Positions 23,800-32,000 of a DNA stretch of 32,000 bases are shown here, in pieces. Position 1 is the stretch's first letter, and each line of letters opens with the position of its first letter. This DNA is from Geobacter sulfurreducens PCA. GTDB lineage: Bacteria; Desulfobacterota; Desulfuromonadia; Geobacterales; Geobacteraceae. The stretch is from assembly GCF_000007985.2 (NCBI RefSeq), contig NC_002939.5, positions 480,001 to 512,000 on the forward strand, read 5' to 3'. The notes beneath the pieces are model-generated. The model saw only the letters and a program-made list of their open reading frames with translations, searched no databases and was not told the DNA's origin. The position numbers and the translations under genes are program-made.

Positions 23800-26178
23800 A
23801 TGGATTTCACAAAAATCTCCGCACTCCACTACCGCCTTCCTTCACCGGTGCGGCAGTTCATCGTGCTGCTTTCGATCATTTTTCTGATCGAAATGCTGCT
23901 CATGGCGGTCCTGCCCCAAGTTACCGGCCGTGAAGTCGAGTTTAAGGATGCACTTGTCGACAGCATGGGGCTCGTCACGGTTGCCGCGCCGTTTCTGTGG
24001 GCTTTCATTGTGCGTCCCCTGCGCCGCACGGCCGTTGCGGCCGTTTTCCGGGAGGAGGTACTCCTCCGCCAGATGGTCGACGGGGTGATTACTTTCGGGG
24101 AAGACGGCACGATCCGTTCCCTCAATCCGGCCGCCGAGCGGATGTTCGGCTATCGGGACGATGAGGCCGCCGGCATGGCCATCGACTGCCTGCTGTCGGC
24201 CGACGGGGGCTATTTCCGATTTGCGGTACAGGCATCCGGCGGCCATGGCACACGCCAGCTCGCCTATGAACTGGAAGGGATCCGCCGGGATGGCAGCCGC
24301 TTCGTTGCCGATCTTTCCGTCAGCCGGATCGTTTTTGAAGATCACCGGGCAGTGATCGGCATTGTCCGGGACATCACCGCCCGCAAACGGGACGAGCAGA
24401 ATCTCCTCGTCTTCAAACGGGCCATCGAGTCGAGCGTAAACGGCATCACTATCACCGACGCGACTAACGGCGAAAACCTAATCATTTACGTGAATCCTGC
24501 ATTCGAGCGGATGACCGGCTACGCGGGACACGAGGTTCTTGGGAAGAACCCGCGTTTTCTCAGGGGGGATGACCGGGACCAGGTGGAACTCAGGAAGCTG
24601 GCCATGGCCCTGGAGGAACGCAGGGAGGGCTACTTTGTCCTGCGCAACTACCGCAAGGACGGCAGCCAGTTCATGAACGAACTTTACGTGGCGCCGGTGC
24701 GCGACCGTGATGGCGCAGTCACCAATTACATCGGCATCATGAATGATATCAGCGACCAGCGGCGCTACGAGGAACAGCTGGTCTACCAGGCCACTCACGA
24801 CCCCCTGACCGGCCTTCCCAACCGTAATCTCCTGCAGGACCGCCTTGGGCAGGCGCTCGCTCTGGAATCCTTCCGCCGTCGCAATCCCATCGGCGTCATG
24901 TTCCTGGATCTCGACAACTTCAAAAAGATCAACGATACCCTGGGGCACACGGTGGGAGACATGCTGCTCAAGGCCGTCGCCAACCGCCTGCGCAACTGCG
25001 TGCGCGGCGGCGACACGGTTTCGCGGCTGGGAGGGGACGAATACATCCTTATCCTTCCCAATGTAAAGGAAATGCATGACGTGACCACTGTGGCCAAGAA
25101 GCTGCTCGGCGTATTTTCCACGCCGTTCCTGCTCATGGGACACGAGCTCTACATCACGGCAAGCATCGGTATCACCCTCTTCCCCTCCGATGGCGACACG
25201 GTGGATGCGCTCCTCAAGAATGCCGATGCCGCCATGTATCATGCCAAGGAGCAGGGGAAGAACAACTACCAGTTCTATTCAGAGGAGATGAACACGCGGG
25301 TCTTCGAGCGGATGGCTCTGGAAACGAGCCTCCATCGGGCGATTCGGCAGCATGAGTTTCTGCTCTGCTACCAGCCTCGGGTCGATCTGCGGACCGGAAG
25401 GATCAGCGGGGTGGAAGCCCTTGTGCGTTGGAACCACCCGGAGATGGGGCTCGTGCCGCCGGCCAGGTTCATCCCTCTGGCCGAGGAAACGGGGCTCATC
25501 GTGCCCATCGGCGAGTGGGTCCTGCGCACCGCCTGCGCCCAGAACAAGGCATGGCAGGATGCGGGGCTCCCGCCACTGAGGATGGCGGTGAACCTTTCGG
25601 CCCGGCAGTTCCGTCAGGAAAATCTCATCCAGATGGTCGCCGACGCCTTGGCCGAAACGGGTCTCGACCCCCGCTGGCTGGAGCTGGAGCTGACCGAAAG
25701 CCTCCTCATGGAGCGGGCCGAGCAGTCCGTGTCGATCCTCCGCTCCCTGGCGGATATGGGGATCGACATCGCCGTGGACGATTTCGGCACCGGCTATTCG
25801 TCTCTGGGGTATCTCAAGCGGTTCCCGATTACGAACCTGAAGATCGATCAATCGTTCATCCGCGACATAGCGAGCGATCCGGACGACGCCATTCTGGTGC
25901 GGACCATCATCACCATGGCCCACGGCCTCGGCATGAAGACCGTCGGCGAAGGGGTCGAATCTCTTGAGCAGATTGATTTCCTCTATCGGCACGGCTGCGA
26001 AGAAGTGCAGGGATACTATTTCAGCAGGCCGCTTACCGCTGAGGGATGCGAGGAGCTGCTTCGCGAGGAGAGGTTTCTGGATCTTCGGGCGCTCCGGGAT
26101 GGGTTGCCGGGCCAGAGGAGCGAGGAGCGCATTCGCGCCCTGGCGTCATCCGCTGATGACTGCCGCGTTACAGCGTAA
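23800..26178 (+). CDS. Membrane-anchored PAS / LOV-like PAS / GGDEF / EAL signalling protein (c-di-GMP turnover)
   Basis: 792-aa ORF with N-terminal hydrophobic helices and two PAS domains. GGDEF domain: '[11 protein letters not shown]' with an RxxD I-site ('RGGD') at the PleD-like 5-residue spacing. EAL domain: 'EALVRWNHP', 'EETGLI', '[10 protein letters not shown]', 'KIDQSF', 'EGVE', 'QGYYFSRP' (catalytic set complete). Confidence 0.95.
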   Translation: MDFTKISALHYRLPSPVRQFIVLLSIIFLIEMLLMAVLPQVTGREVEFKDALVDSMGLVTVAAPFLWAFIVRPLRRTAVAAVFREEVLLRQMVDGVITFGEDGTIRSLNPAAERMFGYRDDEAAGMAIDCLLSADGGYFRFAVQASGGHGTRQLAYELEGIRRDGSRFVADLSVSRIVFEDHRAVIGIVRDITARKRDEQNLLVFKRAIESSVNGITITDATNGENLIIYVNPAFERMTGYAGHEVLGKNPRFLRGDDRDQVELRKLAMALEERREGYFVLRNYRKDGSQFMNELYVAPVRDRDGAVTNYIGIMNDISDQRRYEEQLVYQATHDPLTGLPNRNLLQDRLGQALALESFRRRNPIGVMFLDLDNFKKINDTLGHTVGDMLLKAVANRLRNCVRGGDTVSRLGGDEYILILPNVKEMHDVTTVAKKLLGVFSTPFLLMGHELYITASIGITLFPSDGDTVDALLKNADAAMYHAKEQGKNNYQFYSEEMNTRVFERMALETSLHRAIRQHEFLLCYQPRVDLRTGRISGVEALVRWNHPEMGLVPPARFIPLAEETGLIVPIGEWVLRTACAQNKAWQDAGLPPLRMAVNLSARQFRQENLIQMVADALAETGLDPRWLELELTESLLMERAEQSVSILRSLADMGIDIAVDDFGTGYSSLGYLKRFPITNLKIDQSFIRDIASDPDDAILVRTIITMAHGLGMKTVGEGVESLEQIDFLYRHGCEEVQGYYFSRPLTAEGCEELLREERFLDLRALRDGLPGQRSEERIRALASSADDCRVTA

Positions 26179-28036
26179 AATAGAATACGGCTCCGGCGCC
26201 CTCTTCCCCTTGGGCCCAGATTGTGCCACCATGGCGGGAGATGATCCTGTGGACCGTTGCGAGGCCGATGCCGTGCCCCGGGAATTCGCTCCGGCCGTGG
26301 AGGCGCTGGAAGGGAAGAAAGAGTTTGTCGGCCTGTTGTGACGAGAACCCCGCTCCGTTGTCCCGGACGAAAAACACGGTTTGACCCTCCATCTCTTCCT
26401 TGCCGAACTCGATTACGGCCTGTTCCCGCCTGCCCGTGTATTTCCAGGCATTGCCCAGCAGATTCTCCATCACAACCCTCATGAGCCCCGGATCGGCGGT
26501 CACGTCGGCGTCATCGATAATGATGAACTCTGCCATGCGCTCCTGGTCCTTCATCCTGAGCTCCAGGGCAATTTCCTCTGCCAGCGTGCTCAGGTTGACC
26601 GGTACCCGTTCCAGTTCTACGCGGGCCACGCGGGAAAAGTCGAGCAGGGTGCCGATGAGTCCGTTCATGCGCCCCGTCTCTTCCCCGATGTGACGCACGT
26701 AGCTGCGGCATTCATCGTCGAGTTTGTCTGTGCAGATCTCGAGCAGAACGTCGCTGAAGCCCCGGATCACGGTCAGGTGCGATCTCAGATCGTGCGAGAC
26801 GCTGTAGTTGAACGCCTCCAGGTCGCCATTGGCCACTTCCAGGTCCATGGCCCGGGAGGCGAGACTTTCGTTGAGTCGCTCGATCTGCCGGGCCGCACGC
26901 CGCTGCTCCGTCACGTCGGTCATGACCGACAGGGAACGCACGATTTCTCCCTCTTCATCTCGTTCCGCCTCAGACGAAAGGAGAACGTCGATGACCTTTC
27001 CGCTGCTGGTCAGCAGATGGAGCGGGATATCTCTGGTGCGTCCGGTACGGAGGAATTCCGGGACGACCGTCCCGATCACGTACGACCGTGACTCGTCAGT
27101 CATGAAATCGGCGGAAAGCCTGCCCAGCACCTCGTCGCGCCGGTAGCCGAGGGTTTCCAGCCAAAAATCGCTGACATTGACGATTTTTCCCTCCCGGTCA
27201 ATGGAGTGGAGCATGACGGGAGTCCTGTTGTAGAGGCTGCGGTAGCGCTCTTCGCTTTCTTTCAGGTCACGGAACAGCAGATCGTAGGGGCGTTCCAGCC
27301 CCGTTTCCACCATGGCGCGGTAGATGAGTATGAAGCCGCCGAGCGTAAGCAGATGTCCCGTCATGCCGGTGAGGCTGGAGATGCCGGTGTTGAGAGCAAA
27401 AACGAAGCCGCTCGTTGCAAGAAAGACCAGGGAGAGCGAAAGCATCCGGAACACTCGGGCGTCGAAGTGCCGGCGCTTGGTCAGCAAGCCTGTCAGGGCA
27501 GCGAGAATGAATATCCCAGCCAGGAACTCGGCGCCCTTTTTGAACGGGGTGAGCCCCACCTCGTCCGAGAAGCAGAGGGGGAAGATATCCCCGCACAGGA
27601 TTGACAGCAGGAAAAGTGACGTTGCGGCCATGTAAGCGGTAACGGTAACAGAGGGATTGAGCCGCTTTCTGACGAACAGCGGTGCAAGCGCCAGCGACGC
27701 TCCCTGCAGCAGTCGCGAGCCGATCCAGAGCTGGGTGGAGAGGTTTGTGCCCGCGCCGGGGAAGACCCCCATCCCCCGGTAGCTCAGGGCGTGGAACAGG
27801 GTAATGATTGCCACGAACAGGTGGGAGATGCCGATGAGCAGAATGCAGTGGTTATCGATCTGGCGCCGGGCGTGCCAAGCGACCATGAAGATGCCGCATC
27901 CCGCGACTACGGTGACGATTTCGGTAAGCGTATGAAATAAGAGATAGTTGACGCGGCTCGTCAGGACGAGCGCGGCGAGGAACAGCATCACCAGGGCGAA
28001 GCGTGCGCTTCGCGATACGAGGTCGGAGCTGGTCAT
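26168..28036 (-). CDS. Sensor histidine kinase with MASE3-like membrane domain, PAS, HisKA, HATPase_c
   Basis: 622-aa ORF. About 7-8 hydrophobic helices, beginning '[24 protein letters not shown]' (MASE3-like opening). PAS domain '[24 protein letters not shown]'. H-box '[14 protein letters not shown]', N-box 'LLGNAWKYT', 'DNGAGF', 'GHGIGLATV'. The 3' end overlaps the GGDEF-EAL gene by 11 nt (convergent). Confidence 0.9.
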   Translation of the reverse strand: MTSSDLVSRSARFALVMLFLAALVLTSRVNYLLFHTLTEIVTVVAGCGIFMVAWHARRQIDNHCILLIGISHLFVAIITLFHALSYRGMGVFPGAGTNLSTQLWIGSRLLQGASLALAPLFVRKRLNPSVTVTAYMAATSLFLLSILCGDIFPLCFSDEVGLTPFKKGAEFLAGIFILAALTGLLTKRRHFDARVFRMLSLSLVFLATSGFVFALNTGISSLTGMTGHLLTLGGFILIYRAMVETGLERPYDLLFRDLKESEERYRSLYNRTPVMLHSIDREGKIVNVSDFWLETLGYRRDEVLGRLSADFMTDESRSYVIGTVVPEFLRTGRTRDIPLHLLTSSGKVIDVLLSSEAERDEEGEIVRSLSVMTDVTEQRRAARQIERLNESLASRAMDLEVANGDLEAFNYSVSHDLRSHLTVIRGFSDVLLEICTDKLDDECRSYVRHIGEETGRMNGLIGTLLDFSRVARVELERVPVNLSTLAEEIALELRMKDQERMAEFIIIDDADVTADPGLMRVVMENLLGNAWKYTGRREQAVIEFGKEEMEGQTVFFVRDNGAGFSSQQADKLFLPFQRLHGRSEFPGHGIGLATVHRIISRHGGTIWAQGEEGAGAVFYFTL

Positions 28037-28138
28037 GAGTAGGGATGATCAGTTATTATTTTGATCCTGCTAATTAAGCTCGGATCACAGATACCATATC
28101 ATTTCAAGTTGGCTTCGCAAGGGAGAAATACCCCCTTG

Positions 28139-28156
28139 TGGCCGGAATTCCGGCCA
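28139..28156. repeat. Perfect 18-bp palindrome TGGCCGGAATTCCGGCCA, abutting a second hairpin
   Basis: Self-complementary over all 18 nt. Immediately preceded by the hairpin CAAGGGAG-AAATA-CCCCCTTG (28118-28138). It lies in the 331-nt divergent intergenic region. Confidence 0.6.
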
Positions 28157-28316
28157 TGACCGTCAGACGCTGAACCATCCCACCATGCCGCACGGGGCTG
28201 GATGAGTTGTACCGGGGCCGCCGGTGGACGGCGGCGAAGGCTGCTGCATGTTCACACAGATAGTTTGTACCACTGTCCTCTGCTGAGAGCAAGAAATCGT
28301 TGAGCCGTACCGGTGA

Positions 28317-28345
28317 TTGACAAATAGCGGCCCTTACACTATACA
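28317..28345 (+). promoter_or_regulatory. Candidate sigma70 promoter for the MidA-like methyltransferase gene
   Basis: TTGACA (28317-28322), 17-nt spacer, TATACA (28340-28345). It is followed by GGGAGG and GTG 28368. The TTG that the ORF track uses as a start codon is the -35 hexamer itself. Confidence 0.55.
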
Positions 28346-28367
28346 ATCGTATTTTTCGGGAGGGTTT

Positions 28368-29528
28368 GTGGAACAGATCGACGATTCCAGGCTGCGCGGC
28401 ATCATTCACGACCGGATCAAGGAGCGGGGCGGACGTATCCCTTTTGCCGACTTTATGGCGGCGTGCCTGTATGAGCCGGGCCTCGGCTACTACACGTCCC
28501 CGGGCCGCAAGGTGGGTGCCGAGGGGGATTTCTACACCAGCATCAACGTTCATCGGGTCTTCGGCCGACTCATCGGACGGGAGATCTGCCGGATGTGGGA
28601 GGTCATGGGATGCCCGGCGCCTTTCACCCTGGTGGAGGCCGGCGCCGGCCACGGCCGTCTGGCGGCGGATGTGCTCGACGCCGTCCGGGAGCTGAACCCG
28701 GAACTCTATGCCAGCCTCACCCTGCGGCTCGTGGAGGCTGAGCCGTCCCTGGCCGAAGCCCAACGGCAGGTGTTGGCCGAGCACCTCGATCGCGTGGCGT
28801 GGAACGATCCTGCCGAGCTGATGGGGGGTACCCTCACGTTTACCGGCTGCCTTTACTCCAACGAACTCATCGACTCCTTCCCGACCCATGTGGTTGAAAT
28901 GACCCCTGCCGGCCTGCGGGAAGTCTTCGTTACCGCCGACGGCGATGGCTTCGCCGAACAGCTCGACCTTCCTTCGACGCCCGACCTGGCCGACTATTTT
29001 CGGCGGATCGACGTCAATCTCCAGCCGGGGCAGCGGACCGAGATCAACCTCAATGCCTGCCGATGGCTGGAGGGGGTCGCCCGCTGCCTGGAGCGGGGCT
29101 TCGTGCTGACAGTCGATTACGGTTTCCTCTCGCCCGAACTTTACGGCCCCATGCGCCAGAACGGAACCCTTCTCTGCTACTTCCGCCACACGATCCAGGA
29201 AGACCCGTACCAACGAGTCGGTCATCAGGACATCACGAGCCATGTGGATTTCACGACGCTCATCCTACGTGGTGAGGAACTGGGGCTGCACAAGGCTTGG
29301 TTCGGCGAGCAGTACCGCTTTCTCATGGCTGCGGGGCTCATGGAGGAACTCATGGCCCTGGAGGCGGCGGCCGCCACCGAAGAGGAGCGGATCAAGATCC
29401 GGTTGGTGCTGAAGAAGCTCGTCCTGCCCGAGGGGGGGATGGGCGACACCTTCAAGATTCTCGTGCAGGCAAAGGGGGTCGAGAATCCCCGCCTGCTCTG
29501 CATGCGCGACTGGAGCAAGCTCTTTTGA
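28368..29528 (+). CDS. SAM-dependent methyltransferase, MidA/NDUFAF7-like (DUF185, COG1565)
   Basis: A 386-aa product from GTG 28368 (GGGAGG 4 nt upstream). 'IPFADFMAACLYEPGLGYY', 'GDFYTS', 'LVEAGAGHGRLAADVL' (SAM GxGxG), 'SNELIDSFP', 'DYGF', 'GHQDITSHVDFT' fit the family pattern from memory. The 379-aa antisense ORF is shadow. Confidence 0.8.
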   Translation: MEQIDDSRLRGIIHDRIKERGGRIPFADFMAACLYEPGLGYYTSPGRKVGAEGDFYTSINVHRVFGRLIGREICRMWEVMGCPAPFTLVEAGAGHGRLAADVLDAVRELNPELYASLTLRLVEAEPSLAEAQRQVLAEHLDRVAWNDPAELMGGTLTFTGCLYSNELIDSFPTHVVEMTPAGLREVFVTADGDGFAEQLDLPSTPDLADYFRRIDVNLQPGQRTEINLNACRWLEGVARCLERGFVLTVDYGFLSPELYGPMRQNGTLLCYFRHTIQEDPYQRVGHQDITSHVDFTTLILRGEELGLHKAWFGEQYRFLMAAGLMEELMALEAAAATEEERIKIRLVLKKLVLPEGGMGDTFKILVQAKGVENPRLLCMRDWSKLF

Positions 29529-29598
29529 CAGCCCCGGCTCAGGTGATAGACTGTTTCCTGCGACAGCCCGCGCCATTGTGGCCCCGGAGATACGCTTC

Positions 29599-30237
29599 AT
29601 GCTGACCGGTATCGGGGCCATCGTGTTCGATCTGGACGGCACTCTCTACCAGAGTGAGTCGTTGGGAGGGCAGATCGCAGCCTGCGCCGACCGCTATCTG
29701 GCGGATTTGCTCAGCGTGAGCCCGGAAGAGGCGGGCGAGATTGTCCGGCGGGTCCGGCGCGAACTGACCGCCCGCTTCGGCAGGGAGGCCTCCCTGAGCG
29801 ATGCCTGTCGGGAACTCGGCGGAGACCTCAGGGAGCTTCATCGTCGCTTTGCCGCCGAGGTGGCACCGGAACCCCACCTGCGGCGCGATAGTCGGGTGGT
29901 GCAACTCCTGCGCACTCTCGGCGCTAACCGGGAGCTGTACCTCTATACCAACAACAACCGTGCCCTTTCCGGCCGGATCATGGATGCCATCGGCGTGACG
30001 GGGCTCTTTCGCCGTGTCGTCACTATTGAGGACAGCTGGCGGCCTAAGCCGGATCTCCAGGCGTTGGAAGCTCTGTTTGCCGCCCTCGGCCGGAAACCCT
30101 CCGAATGCCTCTTTGTGGGCGACCGTTACGATATCGACCTGCGGCTTCCGGCGGAACTCGGCTGCTCGGTCTATCTCTCCCGCACCGTTGATGAACTGCT
30201 CGGCTTGACACTACCACTCAGCGAGGAACAGCAATGA
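29599..30237 (+). CDS. HAD-superfamily hydrolase
   Basis: A 212-aa product from ATG 29599 (GGAGA 8 nt upstream); GTG 29578 is an alternative start. Motif I 'VFDLDGTLY', motif II 'LYLYTNN', motifs III/IV 'KPD...FVGDRYDIDL'. Confidence 0.8.
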   Translation: MLTGIGAIVFDLDGTLYQSESLGGQIAACADRYLADLLSVSPEEAGEIVRRVRRELTARFGREASLSDACRELGGDLRELHRRFAAEVAPEPHLRRDSRVVQLLRTLGANRELYLYTNNNRALSGRIMDAIGVTGLFRRVVTIEDSWRPKPDLQALEALFAALGRKPSECLFVGDRYDIDLRLPAELGCSVYLSRTVDELLGLTLPLSEEQQ

Positions 30238-30692
30238 ACGAACACGGCAAGGAAATGCTCGATGCCATCATGAGGGCCATGGAGATCGAGAAAGAAACCT
30301 TCGACTTCTACACACGGGCCGAGCACAAGACGTTCAATCCGGAAGGCAAACGGATCTTCCGCTGGCTCGCCCGCACGGAGGAGCAGCACTACCTCAAGCT
30401 CAACGAACTCTACCAGTCGCTCCACGAGGGGGGCCGCTGGGTCTTCTACGGCGGCTCCACCGTCTCCCTCGACCCGGCCGGCCCGGGCGAGAAGCAGGTG
30501 GCGTTCGACACCGATGATCGCCAGGCACTGGAAATAGCCATGGAGATCGAGAAAAAGGGAATCGCCCACTTCGAAGAGCTCATGGAGAAGGCAACCGACC
30601 CCCAAGGCAAGAGCATGCTCCGTGCCTTGCGCGACGAGGAGGCGGAGCACTTGCGGATCGTAACCGAAAAGTACAATGCGCTCCAGCGGTAA
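30234..30692 (+). CDS. Ferritin-like / rubrerythrin-family diiron four-helix-bundle protein (no rubredoxin domain)
   Basis: 152-aa ORF. The ATG overlaps the HAD stop (ATGA). Two half-sites: 'EIEKETFDFY...RTEEQH' and 'EIEKKGIAHF...RDEEAEH' (E...ExxH, twice). Confidence 0.75.
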   Translation: MNEHGKEMLDAIMRAMEIEKETFDFYTRAEHKTFNPEGKRIFRWLARTEEQHYLKLNELYQSLHEGGRWVFYGGSTVSLDPAGPGEKQVAFDTDDRQALEIAMEIEKKGIAHFEELMEKATDPQGKSMLRALRDEEAEHLRIVTEKYNALQR

Positions 30693-30723
30693 GCGGGGAG
30701 CCGGGACAGGAAGGGGTTGACGC

Positions 30724-32000
30724 GTGACGTTCCGGGTCGAGAAGGATACCCTCGGTGAGGTGCGGGTTCCGGCGGACGCCTACTACGGCGCCCAGACGGT
30801 CCGGGCCGTGGAGAATTTCCCCATCTCCGGGCTGCGGCCCCATCCGGCCCTCGTCCGGGCGACGGTGCTCGTCAAAATGTGTGCGGCCCGGGCCAACATG
30901 GCCACGGGCAGGCTCGATTCCCGGCTTGGAGACGCTATCGTCCGGGCGGCCGACGAGTGCCTGGCCGGTGCCTTTGATGCCCACTTCGTGGTGGACCCGT
31001 TTCAAGCCGGCGCCGGCACCTCCCACAACATGAACGTGAACGAGGTCCTCGCCAACCGGGCCAATGAACTGCTGGGAGAGGAGCGGGGCAGGTATGCTCC
31101 CGTCCATCCCAACGACCACGTGAACATGGCCCAGTCCACCAACGACGTCTTCCCCACGGCCATGCGTCTGGCGGCCCTTCGGGTGGCGGGGGATCTCCGG
31201 CCGGCCCTAGAGGGACTCGTTGCCGCGCTTCGGAAAAAGTCCGCTGAATTCGACGGCATTCTCAAGAGCGGCCGGACTCACCTGCAGGATGCGGTGCCGA
31301 TCCGTCTCGGCCAGGAGTTCGAGGCGTGGGCCGTGGCGCTGGAGAAGAACCTGGCCGCCATCGAGGGGGCGGTGCCGGGCCTTGCGGAACTGGGTATCGG
31401 CGGCACCGCGGCAGGTACCGGCATGAACGCCGAGCCGGCCTACATCGATCTTGTGGTGGCAGAGCTCGCCCGGGAAACCGGCTTTCCCCTCGTACGGGGT
31501 GCGAACCTGGTTGAGCGGATGCAGAACATGGACCCCTTCGTGGCCCTCTCCTCCGCTCTCAAGGGACTTGCCGTAAACCTCGCCCGTATCGCCAACGACC
31601 TGCGGCTCCTTTCCTCTGGCCCCCGGACCGGGCTGGCCGAGATCGCGCTGCCGGCGCTGCAGCCCGGCTCCTCTATCATGCCGGGGAAGGTCAACCCGGT
31701 CATGGCCGAGGTGACCGACATGGTCGCCTTTCAAGTGATGGGTGCGGACACGACAATCATGCTCGCCGCCCAGGCAGGGCAGCTGGAGCTTAACGTCATG
31801 ATGCCGGTCATCGCGTTCAACCTTCTGTTCAGCCTTGAAATCCTGAAGAACACGGTGCCCAAGCTGGCTGATGCCTGCATCGCCGGCATCACTGCGGACC
31901 GGGAGCGCTGCCTCCGGTACCTGGAGCAGTCGGTAGGACTGGCCACGGTGCTCGCGCCCTACATCGGCTATGCCGCGGCCGCGGAGGTGGCCAAGGAATC
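30724..32000 (+). CDS. aspA: Aspartate ammonia-lyase / class II fumarate-lyase family enzyme (3' end outside the window)
   Basis: The frame is open from GTG 30724 to the window edge (425 codons), so it is absent from the ORF track. 'EKDTLGEVRVPADAYYGAQTVRAVENF', 'AGAGTSHNMNVNEVLANRA', 'QSTNDVFPT', and the family signature 'GSSIMPGKVNPV' beginning at 31666. Aspartase versus fumarase C cannot be settled by eye; 'QSTND' leans aspartase. Confidence 0.8.
   Translation, partial: MTFRVEKDTLGEVRVPADAYYGAQTVRAVENFPISGLRPHPALVRATVLVKMCAARANMATGRLDSRLGDAIVRAADECLAGAFDAHFVVDPFQAGAGTSHNMNVNEVLANRANELLGEERGRYAPVHPNDHVNMAQSTNDVFPTAMRLAALRVAGDLRPALEGLVAALRKKSAEFDGILKSGRTHLQDAVPIRLGQEFEAWAVALEKNLAAIEGAVPGLAELGIGGTAAGTGMNAEPAYIDLVVAELARETGFPLVRGANLVERMQNMDPFVALSSALKGLAVNLARIANDLRLLSSGPRTGLAEIALPALQPGSSIMPGKVNPVMAEVTDMVAFQVMGADTTIMLAAQAGQLELNVMMPVIAFNLLFSLEILKNTVPKLADACIAGITADRERCLRYLEQSVGLATVLAPYIGYAAAAEVAKE

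Noticed and set aside
28037-28367. c-di-GMP / cGAMP (GEMM-I) or other known riboswitch in the long intergenic region next to signalling genes
   Set aside because: On neither strand could I find the conserved GEMM-I elements (GGCAAA / ACGCAAAGC-type tetraloop-receptor segments) or another riboswitch core that I recognise. The region is reported only as unexplained structure.
28104-29243. 379-aa minus-strand ORF opposite the methyltransferase gene
   Set aside because: It has no motifs and an Arg/Pro/Gly/Ala-biased composition, and it runs through the intergenic hairpins. The plus-strand frame carries clear MidA/DUF185 motifs and has an RBS and a promoter.
1-32000. CRISPR arrays, transposases/IS elements, toxin-antitoxin or recognised defence systems; an acyl carrier protein gene; additional CXXCH cytochromes
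   Set aside because: No spaced direct repeats, no DDE/integrase-like ORFs, and no small ORF with a DSL phosphopantetheine motif were seen. CXXCH occurs only in the MacA-like peroxidase among the credible proteins. The WYL regulator alone is not evidence of a defence island.

Overview
GC-rich, almost fully coding chromosomal window: 31 full-length CDS, one CDS truncated by the window end, and one tRNA. I saw no transposase, integrase, CRISPR array or rRNA. The gene content and the EF-P / tRNA-Phe / MacA-like diheme peroxidase arrangement recall a Geobacter-type (Desulfuromonadales) chromosome; that is recollection, not verified.

Order, left to right:
- A PpsR-type kinase/pyrophosphorylase.
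- A CusRS-like OmpR-family two-component system, translationally coupled to the futalosine-pathway genes mqnB and mqnD.
- RlpA.
- A ~10 kb minus-strand block. In transcription order: S4 RNA-binding protein, Zn-ribbon/DUF898 membrane protein, M48 peptidase, FabG, KAS II, KS-like protein without the His-His pair, degenerate FabZ-like hotdog, LolA-like protein, LolB-like lipoprotein, MMPL exporter.
- An EfpL/YeiP-type EF-P paralogue, tRNA-Phe(GAA), and a MacA-like cytochrome c peroxidase.
- A ZraSR-like sigma54 two-component pair directly upstream of a secreted trio: a Gly-rich DG[ST]G-repeat protein, an OB-like periplasmic protein and an OM beta-barrel.
- An SRPBCC protein, a WYL regulator, a PAS/LOV-like-PAS/GGDEF/EAL protein and a MASE3-PAS histidine kinase.
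- A MidA/NDUFAF7-like methyltransferase, a HAD hydrolase, a ferritin-like protein, and the first ~425 codons of an aspartase/class II fumarase-family lyase.

Best candidates for undescribed biology:
1. The stripped-down aryl-polyene-like KS/KS-like/hotdog/KR set fused to a LolA/LolB-like/MMPL export train, with no ACP or tailoring genes in view.
2. The ZraSR-like system with its uncharacterised secreted trio next to the peroxidase.
3. The translationally coupled Zn-ribbon-DUF898 / M48 peptidase pair.

All family assignments come from motif reading and remembered alignments. No searches were run.
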